This document shows positions 1 through 8,780 of a DNA stretch of 35,077 bases, piece after piece; position 1 is the stretch's first letter, and each line of letters begins with the position of its first letter. The translations under genes and the position numbers were made by a program. The stretch is from Bdellovibrionota bacterium (GTDB lineage: Bacteria; Bdellovibrionota_C; UBA2361): positions 1 through 35,077 of the forward strand of contig JBILDU010000023.1 of the NCBI GenBank assembly GCA_044352465.1, given 5' to 3'. The notes under the pieces were generated by a model, which saw only the letters and a program-made list of their open reading frames with translations, was not told the DNA's origin and did not search any database.

Positions 1-264
1 GGAGGATATGACGACTATTGTGGCGATCCGCTCGGCGACCCGAGACTAACCACCTCGGCCGACTCTCCGCTCAAGCGAACTTTCAATTCGGCGGCTCAGC
101 TCGAACCCATGCCCCCTCGCGAGCGCTTCGAATTCCACCACTTGCCTAAAAGCATCGGCTTGCCCGCCATCACCGACGATGTAAGAATACCGTGAGGTTA
201 GCCGAGGAAGCGCCGTCGTAGTGCGGCGTATCCGGGCCTAAGCAGAGAGCCCCCCGAAGATCGT

Positions 265-1770
265 ATGCAAGCCGTCCTCAGTATCGATGCCACCACCGAG
301 CCGGCGATTGTCTCGGTTATCCGTCTTGACGGTGCGAACCTTGAGGTGGTTGAAACCCATCGAATCTCTCTTGAGCGGGGCTTAGTGCCCAGCACGGCGA
401 ATCAAGCGGCGCTCAATCCGTCCTTAGCCGCCCAGGGGCGACCACAAAGCGGCGTAACCACCGATAGCGAAACCACCCCCACTACAATTGCCCCACTCGA
501 CCTCACGAGCATGGTCACGAGCCGCTGGAACAGTGCGGTCGTGATTATCCCGGGAGAGCAGTATCACTCGCTGAACGTCAACCTTCCTTTTAACGATCCC
601 CGCAAGGTCAATAAGATTATCGATCTCGAAGTTCAAGACCTCGTGCCGTTCGATGTGGGTGAGTTCATCTTGCAGCACCGCACCGTGCACGCGAACTCCG
701 ATGGCACCTTCGATGTCCACGTCAGCATCATGCCGCGGGAACGTCTCGCGGAGATACTCGCCGCATGCAAGGAGGGGGGGGTAGAACCAGCGGTAGTCAG
801 CACCGCAACCAGCGTCATCGCCGCGCTGCCGAAGCTGTATCCCTCATTCCCGGCCGACGCGGTGGTCATCATGTACCGCCGAGCGGCGTATTATCTGACG
901 TTCATACTCAACGGAGAGGTACGCACCGATCGGATTATCGACCGCACTATCCTGAACGGAGCGGGCGATTCTCCGACCGCAGCGCTCGCCGAAATTCGCC
1001 TGTCTATCACGGCGGTAGAGCACCGCTACGGTCGTACCTTCGAAAAGGTCTTTCTCCTCGATACTCCCTTTACAGCCACCGAGGCGACCGCGGCGCTGGA
1101 GCGTCCCGCAGCGGGCCTGGCACTACCGAACATCTCCGGAGAACTCACTCCGGGGGGAGAGATCGCAGCGCTGAGTACGGTCTTCGTGCGCGATCGGGAG
1201 CCGATAACGGCACTCACGAACTTTCGTACCCGTGAGTTTGCCTATAACCTCCAACTTTCCGAACTATGGCGTGGGCTCACCCTGTTACGACCATACTTTT
1301 TAGTGACTCTCCTCACCCTCGCGATTGCGGCAGGGGTGATCTATTTTCTCCGTGAGCAACGTATCGCGCGGATCAGCTCTGCGGTGCGTTCGCAGATCGT
1401 GGCCCTCGCGCCCGAGATCAACGCTCCGGAAGGACGAGAGCTCGACGCACTCATGGGGAAGATAAATCTTTTGGACCAACAGCTAAAAGATCTCGGCTCC
1501 CCGACCCGCGCATCCCCCCTCGATGCGCTCCTTCTTATCTCACGCGATCTCCCGGCGGATAGCGGGATCACAGTGAGCCGAATCTCAGTCAAAGGCTCGA
1601 AGATTACCTTTGACGCCTCCGGGCCGAGCTATTCGGCAGCTGAGGGGCTTAAATCGGCGCTCGAAAAGAAGCGCCAGCAATACTGTCGGGTAAGGATGGA
1701 GAGCTCAGCCGCTGCATCTACCGGGCAAAACAGCCGGGGCTTTCGGTTTGAGGTATATCTGTGTGACTAA
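265..1770 (+). CDS. gspL: Type II secretion GspL-like protein (cytoplasmic PilM/actin-like domain, TM helix, PilN-like periplasmic domain)
   Basis: 501-aa ORF; N-terminal 'VLSIDAT', 'LPFNDPRKVNKIIDLEVQDLVPF' (GspL/PilM-type LPF...E..vPF), 'TNFRTREFAY' before a single TM (FLVTLLTLAIAAGVIYFL), then 'PLDALLLISRDLP...I....S.S......LK..L'; stop overlaps the next gene. Confidence 0.75.
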   Translation: MQAVLSIDATTEPAIVSVIRLDGANLEVVETHRISLERGLVPSTANQAALNPSLAAQGRPQSGVTTDSETTPTTIAPLDLTSMVTSRWNSAVVIIPGEQYHSLNVNLPFNDPRKVNKIIDLEVQDLVPFDVGEFILQHRTVHANSDGTFDVHVSIMPRERLAEILAACKEGGVEPAVVSTATSVIAALPKLYPSFPADAVVIMYRRAAYYLTFILNGEVRTDRIIDRTILNGAGDSPTAALAEIRLSITAVEHRYGRTFEKVFLLDTPFTATEATAALERPAAGLALPNISGELTPGGEIAALSTVFVRDREPITALTNFRTREFAYNLQLSELWRGLTLLRPYFLVTLLTLAIAAGVIYFLREQRIARISSAVRSQIVALAPEINAPEGRELDALMGKINLLDQQLKDLGSPTRASPLDALLLISRDLPADSGITVSRISVKGSKITFDASGPSYSAAEGLKSALEKKRQQYCRVRMESSAAASTGQNSRGFRFEVYLCD

Positions 1771-2425
1771 CACTCCCGACACCATAGGCTCAACCGCCGG
1801 GCAACCAACCTTCACCGATCGGTTGCTGAACCACCCCCGCGTGGTAGCCGTGCGCTCGCTCGTGGTTACCGAGTACCGCAAACTTTCCGGGCGAGAGCGG
1901 GGCATCATCGGGCTCCTCGTGGTCGTCGCCGCGGGGATGGGGCTTTGGGGGATATACGAACCGATCGCCCGACGGTTTGACGACCAATGGACCCGACTCG
2001 AGAAGACCCTCGAGACGGTGCAGACGTCATCAGCGAGCCTTGAGCGGTATCTGAAGCTGAAATCCCGCCGCGATATGATTGAGCGGGAGTATCGGGGGGT
2101 AGAGATCAAGGAAGGCGCCTACGCCCACATCGAAAACCTTATCCGCACCAAACTCGGCCTATCAACCGGCTTCACGATTAAAGACAGTTCGCCGAAAAGT
2201 ATGGGTGGCAACTTTGAACAGATTACCTACACAGTGAAATTTCCCATCCCCGCCTTACAGCCCCTTGTCGACCTCCTGAAGGAAATTACCACCGGCGAGC
2301 GCCCCCTCCTCCTCAGCAGCCTTGAGGTGGTCAAGAATCGGCGGGGGGACTCGCTCGACGTAACCTTCGAGGTGGTGAGTATCCGCGAAAGTGTCGCCGC
2401 ACAACCGCTGGAGAGGAAGGAGTAG
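1763..2425 (+). CDS. gspM: Type II secretion GspM/PilO-like protein
   Basis: GTG at 1763 after GAGG, overlapping the gspL stop; 'YRKLSGRERGIIG' (GspM L..RER motif) plus TM, coiled coil, 'LQPLVDLLKEI' and C-terminal 'LDVTFEV'. Confidence 0.75.
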   Translation: MTNTPDTIGSTAGQPTFTDRLLNHPRVVAVRSLVVTEYRKLSGRERGIIGLLVVVAAGMGLWGIYEPIARRFDDQWTRLEKTLETVQTSSASLERYLKLKSRRDMIEREYRGVEIKEGAYAHIENLIRTKLGLSTGFTIKDSSPKSMGGNFEQITYTVKFPIPALQPLVDLLKEITTGERPLLLSSLEVVKNRRGDSLDVTFEVVSIRESVAAQPLERKE

Positions 2426-2432
2426 CGTCACT

Positions 2433-3326
2433 TTGAGCCGACGTCGCCGCAGCATGACCGTTCTCGGTGTGGGCACGATCCTCGCGGTGACCGTGACGAT
2501 CGGGGCAGCGCTCGTCGGCAAAGCGGAGTATGTACGCCTAATCGACCGCTCGTTGCGCAATGAGGCCGCCGTCCACGGAGTGCGACTGACGACCCGCAAT
2601 CTCGACATTTTTCCGATCGGACTCCGCGCCACTGAGATTGAGGCGTTTATCGTCAGAGCGCTCTGCTCACTGACCTTCGGAGATGTTGCGGTACAACTCG
2701 CTGACCTCACGCCGACCTTTCAGTTCGAGGGAAATGCCTACGGGGGACGAATTGAGGGGACTGCCTCAAAGGGGTGGTTCTCAACAGCCCTCAAAGGTGG
2801 TGTATCGGCAGTTGGAATCGACCTCGCCCGCCATCCTCAACTCAACGCCCTTGGAGTAGCAGGCGGTACCCTTACCGGTCAGCTCCAAGAACTGCATATC
2901 GACCGGGCGAAGCCGAAGACAGAGAGCTCTCTCTTCAACGTGACGATTAAAGGATTTACCCGACCAAGCCCGCTCACTATCTCACCGGGACAATTTGGAG
3001 TGCCTTTCGGCTTCACCGTTCCCCCGATCCCCCCAACCGATCTTGCCGCGGCGGGGTCGTTCGAGCACTCGCGGCTCGTCCTTCAGCGTATGACCCTCCA
3101 GACAGAGCTCGGCACGGCGACCGCCTCTGGCGAGGTTCCGCTGAGTCGCGACGGGAACCTTACCATTGAGGGGGTGGTCTCACTCTCTGAGGTCGGAAGC
3201 GAACGTCTCGGGGCGTTCCTCCCACTGGTGAGTCAGGGGTCTGTCTCAGCTGATACCACCCGGATACGGGTAGTCGCCCGCGGGACATTGGCGAATCCCA
3301 CCTTCCGTGTCAGCCGGGCGGGCTAA
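2433..3326 (+). CDS. gspN: GspN-like beta-rich periplasmic protein with N-terminal membrane anchor
   Basis: Follows gspL-gspM; basic N-terminus plus TM; 'AYGGRIEG' and C-terminal 'RGTLANPTF' typical of GspN/AsmA-like proteins; start uncertain (TTG 2433 after AAGGAG, or ATG 2454). Confidence 0.55.
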   Translation: MSRRRRSMTVLGVGTILAVTVTIGAALVGKAEYVRLIDRSLRNEAAVHGVRLTTRNLDIFPIGLRATEIEAFIVRALCSLTFGDVAVQLADLTPTFQFEGNAYGGRIEGTASKGWFSTALKGGVSAVGIDLARHPQLNALGVAGGTLTGQLQELHIDRAKPKTESSLFNVTIKGFTRPSPLTISPGQFGVPFGFTVPPIPPTDLAAAGSFEHSRLVLQRMTLQTELGTATASGEVPLSRDGNLTIEGVVSLSEVGSERLGAFLPLVSQGSVSADTTRIRVVARGTLANPTFRVSRAG

Positions 3327-3403
3327 AACAGCGGGATCAGCCCCACCCAGCCGTAAACGGACGATGGCTCCGCAGCAGCAGCTCTGCTATAGTTTTGAGG
3401 TCT

Positions 3404-4066
3404 ATGTCCTATCTCGTTCCTGCCATCGCTGCTGCCGCTGTATCCGTTGGGGTACTCGGTGGAGCTTTTGTGATGCTCCGTAAAAAGCTCGGGGGGTCAT
3501 CTGCTGCCGAGAGGGCAGGGTTTCTCACCGAGATCACATCGCTCACAACCGAACTCGAAGGGCTGCGCCAGTACGAGAAGAGCTACACCGGTGTCGGTCA
3601 ACTCACCTCTCTGAAGGAGCGGCTCGAAAAGATCCAGATAGAACTGAGCACCCAAACCGACGCGCTTAAAATCGTCGAAGCGAAGCTCAACGACGCTCAA
3701 AAAATCGTCGAAGGAAAAGAGGCTCACCACCAAGAAATTAAGTCGGTGCGGGTCGCCGATGAGGTGGCGCTCCAAGGGATCTTGGCTCGCTACAACGACA
3801 TCTCCGAGGAGTCGATCTCTTTAGAGAAGAGTCTCGCTGCTTCGATGAAAAATCTCGATGCGATGCTCAATGAGCTCACCCTCACCGAGGAGCAACGAAA
3901 ACTTCTCACCGAACTATCTACCGCACTTTCCAACGCGGGAGAGCGGCTTCGGGATCTCCTTACCGAATACAACACCGTGAAGGAGCGCCTTGACTCTCTT
4001 ACCGAGCAACACGCGGCGCTCGAAGAGGAATACACCAAACTGGTTGAGCAGCAGCTCGGCGAGTAG
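3404..4066 (+). CDS. Hypothetical membrane-anchored long coiled-coil protein (220 aa)
   Basis: ATG 3404 after GAGG; N-terminal TM (LVPAIAAAAVSVGVLGGAFVML-RKK), then continuous Leu/Glu-rich heptads. Confidence 0.8.
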   Translation: MSYLVPAIAAAAVSVGVLGGAFVMLRKKLGGSSAAERAGFLTEITSLTTELEGLRQYEKSYTGVGQLTSLKERLEKIQIELSTQTDALKIVEAKLNDAQKIVEGKEAHHQEIKSVRVADEVALQGILARYNDISEESISLEKSLAASMKNLDAMLNELTLTEEQRKLLTELSTALSNAGERLRDLLTEYNTVKERLDSLTEQHAALEEEYTKLVEQQLGE

Positions 4067-4190
4067 CCCCAACCCCCCGTTTTGTCTATTATTTTTCCCA
4101 TCCCTTGGGGCAGCCTCAATTTGCTCAGGTAACGCGATCTGGTGTATGGTCGGATGTCGTTTTGAGTTTTTCCGCGTCAAAGAGGTGCCG

Positions 4191-4553
4191 ATGTCCAATA
4201 CCGCCAAACGGGTCAAAGTCTTAAGCGATTCTTACGTTCAACAGATCAACATCCTTAAAGTCATGTCGCGGGAGGCTGTGTCGCGAGAAGCTGTGTCGCG
4301 AGAAGCTGTGTCGCGAGAAGCTGTGTCGCGAGAAGCCGTGGCAACCCGCACCGGGCGTGAATTCCACATCAACGAGATCGCAACACAAAGCGGGCTCAAC
4401 GACGAAAGGGAAACCCAACGTTGCCTCTACATCCTTGAGGGTCAAAAACTGGTAACCCCCCTTCCTCCGGGGGACTTCACCTCGAAGACCTGGCAGATCA
4501 CCAAAGATGGCCTGCGGGCGTTAAACACGATCTCGCGCTCAGCGATTCAGTAA
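4191..4553 (+). CDS. Small winged-helix protein (120 aa) with SREAV x5 repeat; Z-alpha-like recognition helix
   Basis: AGAGGT RBS before ATG 4191; helix 'QINILKVM', 'HINEIATQSG', 'ERETQRCLYILEGQKLV', wing 'SKTWQITKDGLRAL'. Confidence 0.75.
   Translation: MSNTAKRVKVLSDSYVQQINILKVMSREAVSREAVSREAVSREAVSREAVATRTGREFHINEIATQSGLNDERETQRCLYILEGQKLVTPLPPGDFTSKTWQITKDGLRALNTISRSAIQ
4266..4340 (+). repeat. In-frame tandem repeat, 5 x 15 bp (TCGCGAGAAGCTGTG), encoding SREAV x5
   Basis: Units at 4266, 4281, 4296, 4311 and 4326; the middle three are identical and the outer two differ only at synonymous positions. Confidence 0.97.
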
Positions 4554-4612
4554 ACTCAGCGATGGTCCGATCGGGGTGGTGATAACGCCGCTGTCGTCGG
4601 CACATGCCGCTC

Positions 4613-4644
4613 TTGAAACGCGGATTTAAGCCGCGCTCAAAAAG
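4613..4644. terminator. Possible terminator-like hairpin between convergent wHTH gene and fbp
   Basis: TTGA..CGCGG-ATTTAAG-CCGCG.TCAA followed by an A-run. Confidence 0.25.
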
Positions 4645-4725
4645 CCGTGGGCAAACACGCGGGCTCCGCCTGGAGTGTCGACTCTCGCCGACCAACACAT
4701 CGGCCCAGGCCCGCCCCGCTGGCGA

Positions 4726-5739
4726 TTACGCTGGCGAGGTCTTTTCACCTGTCGCCAACCGTTGGAACCAATCCACTTCGTAAGCGCTCCCAATAACAAG
4801 CGGGGCGCGCTCATGGATCGACTGGGGTACGATATCGAGAATCGGACGAACACCATCGGTCGCCTTCCCGCCAGCATTCTCAGCGAGAAAAGCGAGCGGC
4901 ATGCACTCGTAGAGCATCCGTAGCTTACCCCGTGGATTCTTCGTATCCCCCGGGTAGATATAAACGCCCCCCCGCTTTAGGTTTCGGTCAAAATCAGCCA
5001 CAAGTGAACCGACGTAGCGCGCCGAGTACGGAGTCTTTGCAACAACATCCTCACGCTTCAAACAATCGATAAAAGTACCTACCGCGCGGTCCCAATAGAT
5101 CGAGTTGCCCTCATTAATGCTGTAGGTCGAACCACGCGGGGGCGACACGATCCGCTCCTCAGTAAGGATGAACTCACCGAGCTCGGGGTCGTACGTGAAG
5201 CCGTGCACCCCCTCACCTGTTGAATAAACGAAACTTGTCTTCGGACCGTAGAGCGCATACCCCGCCGCAACGATACCGCGCCCCGACTGCAGAAAATCGC
5301 TCTCGTTGGCAGGGCGACCAGCCTCGCGCTTCCGGAAAATGGTGAAGATCGTCCCAACGGGGATATTCGAGCCGAGATTGCTTGAGCCATCCAGCGGGTC
5401 GAAGGCGAGAACATATTTGGAAGCGGCGCTATTTCGATCCGTCGAGATAACGGTCTCCTGCTCTTCAGACACCAGGAGACCGAAATGGCCGGAGGACCCG
5501 AGCATCTCCACAAGCACCTGGTCGGCCTCCTCATCGAGAACGTGGGTCTTCTCGCCCTGGACATTCGTCCGTCCGGAATACCCCTGGAGCCCGCGGAACC
5601 CCGAGGTAGCCACCAGTTGCCGAATAATTTTGACCCCAAACGTCACCGCCGTGAGCAGGTCTGACAACTCGCCGGTGGAGGCGGCGTGTTTACTTTCTTG
5701 CCGCAGAATGAAGCGTGAGAGGCTCATCGTTGGGATCAT
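4726..5739 (-). CDS. fbp: Fructose-1,6-bisphosphatase class I
   Basis: 'NVQGE', 'LVSEE', 'FDPLDGSSN', 'RYVGSLVAD', 'GKLRMLYECMPLAF'; AAGGAG RBS before ATG 5739. Confidence 0.97.
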   Translation of the reverse strand: MIPTMSLSRFILRQESKHAASTGELSDLLTAVTFGVKIIRQLVATSGFRGLQGYSGRTNVQGEKTHVLDEEADQVLVEMLGSSGHFGLLVSEEQETVISTDRNSAASKYVLAFDPLDGSSNLGSNIPVGTIFTIFRKREAGRPANESDFLQSGRGIVAAGYALYGPKTSFVYSTGEGVHGFTYDPELGEFILTEERIVSPPRGSTYSINEGNSIYWDRAVGTFIDCLKREDVVAKTPYSARYVGSLVADFDRNLKRGGVYIYPGDTKNPRGKLRMLYECMPLAFLAENAGGKATDGVRPILDIVPQSIHERAPLVIGSAYEVDWFQRLATGEKTSPA

Positions 5740-5956
5740 ATTCAGTTCTCCTTGAGGGTCCGTCACCCCATACACACGCTGTCAAAACTTACCGGTGCAG
5801 GGGCGCTTGTTTATGAGGATACCTCCGCGCACCGACCTTCTCTGCCACTTTTTCACGCGGTCTAACCTCTGCAAACCCCTAAAAGCGAGCCTTTTCAACT
5901 CAACGCTCTCAGGTGGAGGTCCTGGGGCAACTCGAGCTCAAGCCTTGTCCGAGCGA

Positions 5957-8212
5957 TCACCCCCAACCAGCTCCACGGGGTCCACCCCCCTCAGCGAAAC
6001 GCCGTTGGGTTACCATGCGCGGAGTGACCGGGAGTTCCACTACGAACTTCGCCCCCCGGGGGGTGTTATCGTAACAGCGGATATACCCCTGGTGATCGGA
6101 TACGATCGAAGTCACGATCGCTAGACCTAAACCGGTCCCGCCCTCTTTCGTCGTAAAATACGGCTCAAAGATCCGCGTTTTATCCGCGTGCGAGATTCCC
6201 GGACCGTTATCAGCGACCTCGAGGAGTACGAACTTACGCCGTTTATCGTAATCGGTCCGCACCACGATCCGCGCCCCCTCACCCTGTGGGGGAGCGGCGC
6301 TCACCGCTCCGATGGCGTTATCGATGAGATTTATCACACACCGTCGAATCTGTTCCCGATCCATCGTGACGTCAGGGACTCGACTATCGGCGATAAACTG
6401 AAAAACGATATCGGAATGGTTCTCCGCGAAGGGAGCGATGGCGTCGGTGATGAGATGATTAATGTCCGCGACGGTAAACTCGGCCGTCGGCATGCGCGCA
6501 AAATGTGAGAACTCATTGGCGAGGCGCTTGATAGAGTCGACGTTCTCAACGATCGCTTGGGTTGACTCCTTCACCGCTGGCGCAACATCGCCCCCGCTCA
6601 ACAGACGCTGCAGACGTTGCGCCGAAAGCTGTATCGGGGTCAGTGGATTCTTAATCTCGTGGGCGATTCGCTGCGCGACCTCGCGCCAGGCCGACATATG
6701 CTGAGCTTTCGAGAGGTCGGTAATATCATCGAGGAGGAGGACGGTGCCGAGCCACCGGCCGTGGACATCCAAAATCTTTCCAGCAGTGCAGATAATCTTC
6801 AGCTCGCGCCCCTGACTCACCACCGTCAACTCGCACTCGGCCACGTCCGAGGTTAGCACCGCACCACTCTCCCAACCCGCAATCGCCCCGAGTAACGTCT
6901 CGATCTGTTCAAAGTCCCCCGGCTTCAGTACCTCAGCGATACCCCGGCCAAGCATCGCCTCTTCCGGCAACTCAAAAATACGCGCCGCCGCAGCATTCAC
7001 CGAGGTAACCTGTCGTCCAGGATCAAGCCCGATAACCCCGACAGCGAGATTCGCGAGGATCGTCTCGGTATAAAGCCGGCGCTGCTCGACCTCTTCACGC
7101 GAGCCTCTCAAATCGCTCGTCATTTTGTTGAAGGAGCGTACCAACGAGCCGATCTCATCATCGCCACTCGCCCGGATCTGAAAGTCGTAATTACCCCGCG
7201 CCACGGCCTCAGTTCCCTCAGCCAGCCGCTGAATCGGCACGACGAGTTCGCGGGCGAGATAAAAAGCGAACCAGATCGCCGAAAACAGGACGAGGAGGGT
7301 AATCATCGCTAAGGTGAGGAGATAGCCGAGCCGTAGGGGCTGACGAAAGAACTTCAGTTGCTCATACTCATTGAAGGAATCGGTCACAGCTCGCAAGGCA
7401 TGGGCAACCTCCGGGGAAATACGGGTGGCCGACATCAAGACTCCGTGCCGCCCCGGAAAGCTCACCGGAAGATAGACCCGCACGAAGTGGCTCGGGCTCT
7501 TCTCCTCCGACGTGACGACGGTTTCCCCCGCAAAGGCCTTCACAAGCTCGCCCGACTCCACCGGAGGTTCACTAAACGAGTCGATCGTCGCCGCCGCATT
7601 GGTTACCTCAAGCGGGGGGGCCTCCGGGCGCTCAAAGAGCCGCAACGAAAAAAAATCGAATTCCTGACGCCGCCGCTCAAGGAGCTCAACTAACGCGGCA
7701 TTACCGATCGAACCGGCCTCACCGACGAGGCGCGCCACCTGCTCGGTATCGCTGAGGCTCCTCTTTTTGAGCCAACTAAAATGGCTTTGCGCTAATTCAA
7801 CCGCCCCCTCGACCGAGGCCTCCACGTGGTTACTAAACCATCCCTCCATCGCCTGACTTAACAGATCGCTCGACAAGACAAACAGCAAACTTGTCGGCAC
7901 CAGCGCTAATCCAACGAAGGCGGCGACGAGACGCAAGCGCAACTTCGAGCCGAGAATGTTACGGCGCCGGTCGAAGATCAATTTGACGACGTTTCGGCCG
8001 ACGAGGAAGACGAGAACACACAGAATAACGACAAGGAGGTTAACGAGCAGGAAAACGAAAAGATTATTTCCGAAATAGGTAGACTCCTCTCCCGGTCGCT
8101 GCCCGTACACGAGCAGCCCGAGCACGAGCGCCCCCAACAGAAAGAGCCCCAGCCGGAGTCCGACTCCGGCGCGCCGGAGACGAAGAAAAAACTTAACGCG
8201 TCGGTTGACCAT
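5957..8212 (-). CDS. ntrY: NtrY-like membrane sensor histidine kinase (HAMP, PAS, HisKA, HATPase)
   Basis: N-terminal TMs with 'GSKLRLRLVAAF' and 'WFS', HAMP 'PIQRLAEGTEAVARGN...DEIGSLVRSFNKM', H-box 'AWREVAQRIAHEIKNPLTPIQLSA', 'DNGPG', 'EPYFTTKEGGTGLGL'. Confidence 0.85.
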   Translation of the reverse strand: MVNRRVKFFLRLRRAGVGLRLGLFLLGALVLGLLVYGQRPGEESTYFGNNLFVFLLVNLLVVILCVLVFLVGRNVVKLIFDRRRNILGSKLRLRLVAAFVGLALVPTSLLFVLSSDLLSQAMEGWFSNHVEASVEGAVELAQSHFSWLKKRSLSDTEQVARLVGEAGSIGNAALVELLERRRQEFDFFSLRLFERPEAPPLEVTNAAATIDSFSEPPVESGELVKAFAGETVVTSEEKSPSHFVRVYLPVSFPGRHGVLMSATRISPEVAHALRAVTDSFNEYEQLKFFRQPLRLGYLLTLAMITLLVLFSAIWFAFYLARELVVPIQRLAEGTEAVARGNYDFQIRASGDDEIGSLVRSFNKMTSDLRGSREEVEQRRLYTETILANLAVGVIGLDPGRQVTSVNAAAARIFELPEEAMLGRGIAEVLKPGDFEQIETLLGAIAGWESGAVLTSDVAECELTVVSQGRELKIICTAGKILDVHGRWLGTVLLLDDITDLSKAQHMSAWREVAQRIAHEIKNPLTPIQLSAQRLQRLLSGGDVAPAVKESTQAIVENVDSIKRLANEFSHFARMPTAEFTVADINHLITDAIAPFAENHSDIVFQFIADSRVPDVTMDREQIRRCVINLIDNAIGAVSAAPPQGEGARIVVRTDYDKRRKFVLLEVADNGPGISHADKTRIFEPYFTTKEGGTGLGLAIVTSIVSDHQGYIRCYDNTPRGAKFVVELPVTPRMVTQRRFAEGGGPRGAGWG

Positions 8213-8771
8213 CGAGTGAAAAGGTAACTGAGCCGCTATCGTAGCCGTTTACCCTCACGAGACCAAGGGTAAGGAGGTACGGAATCCGCGCGAGGAGTTC
8301 GTTATATTCACCTTTACAGTCCGCCACCGCACGCAGCTCGAGGTAATAACGGCGGCCGTCCGCGGCCCACCCGAGCGGTCGCAACGGTTCGACCTGGATG
8401 CTTGCCACCGCCTCCAACGCACTCTCCCGATCCGTAAGCGTTTCCGCCTCAGGTGGCGCCGCATCGCCCCAACGGTCTCGGGTGAGTGCATAGGCGTCAG
8501 CCACCGCATCGTAACGCAATCCGTGAACCTCGGTGAAGGTGTCGCTGCACCGATCGAACCACCCCTGTCGCCGCCGACAGAGCGCGATCTCAAACCGCAT
8601 GCGCGCCTCGAAACCACTCCGGGTACATTGGGTAAAGAACTCGTCCTGCCCCTGAACGGCGATACGCACGGCGTCCCGCGCATCGCTCGCCCACTTTACC
8701 ACCGGACCGTCCGCATAACCCGCGACGGCCATGAGCAAACAACAAAGAAACTGAGCGACAGCAACACGCAC
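8193..8771 (-). CDS. DUF4390-like periplasmic protein
   Basis: Signal peptide; 'RFEIALCRRRQGWFD' and 'LRYDAVADAY' match DUF4390 patterns; overlaps the NtrY-like kinase start, the usual DUF4390 context. Confidence 0.7.
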   Translation of the reverse strand: MRVAVAQFLCCLLMAVAGYADGPVVKWASDARDAVRIAVQGQDEFFTQCTRSGFEARMRFEIALCRRRQGWFDRCSDTFTEVHGLRYDAVADAYALTRDRWGDAAPPEAETLTDRESALEAVASIQVEPLRPLGWAADGRRYYLELRAVADCKGEYNELLARIPYLLTLGLVRVNGYDSGSVTFSLDGQPTR

Positions 8772-8780
8772 GCAAAGACC

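Noticed and set aside
1..195. Open frame +1 that may be the 3' end of an upstream gene (e.g. gspK)
   Set aside because: No recognisable motif in the 64 codons visible; cannot be supported as a CDS
4266..4340. CRISPR-like array
   Set aside because: Contiguous 15-bp units with no spacers, in frame within a CDS, and no cas genes
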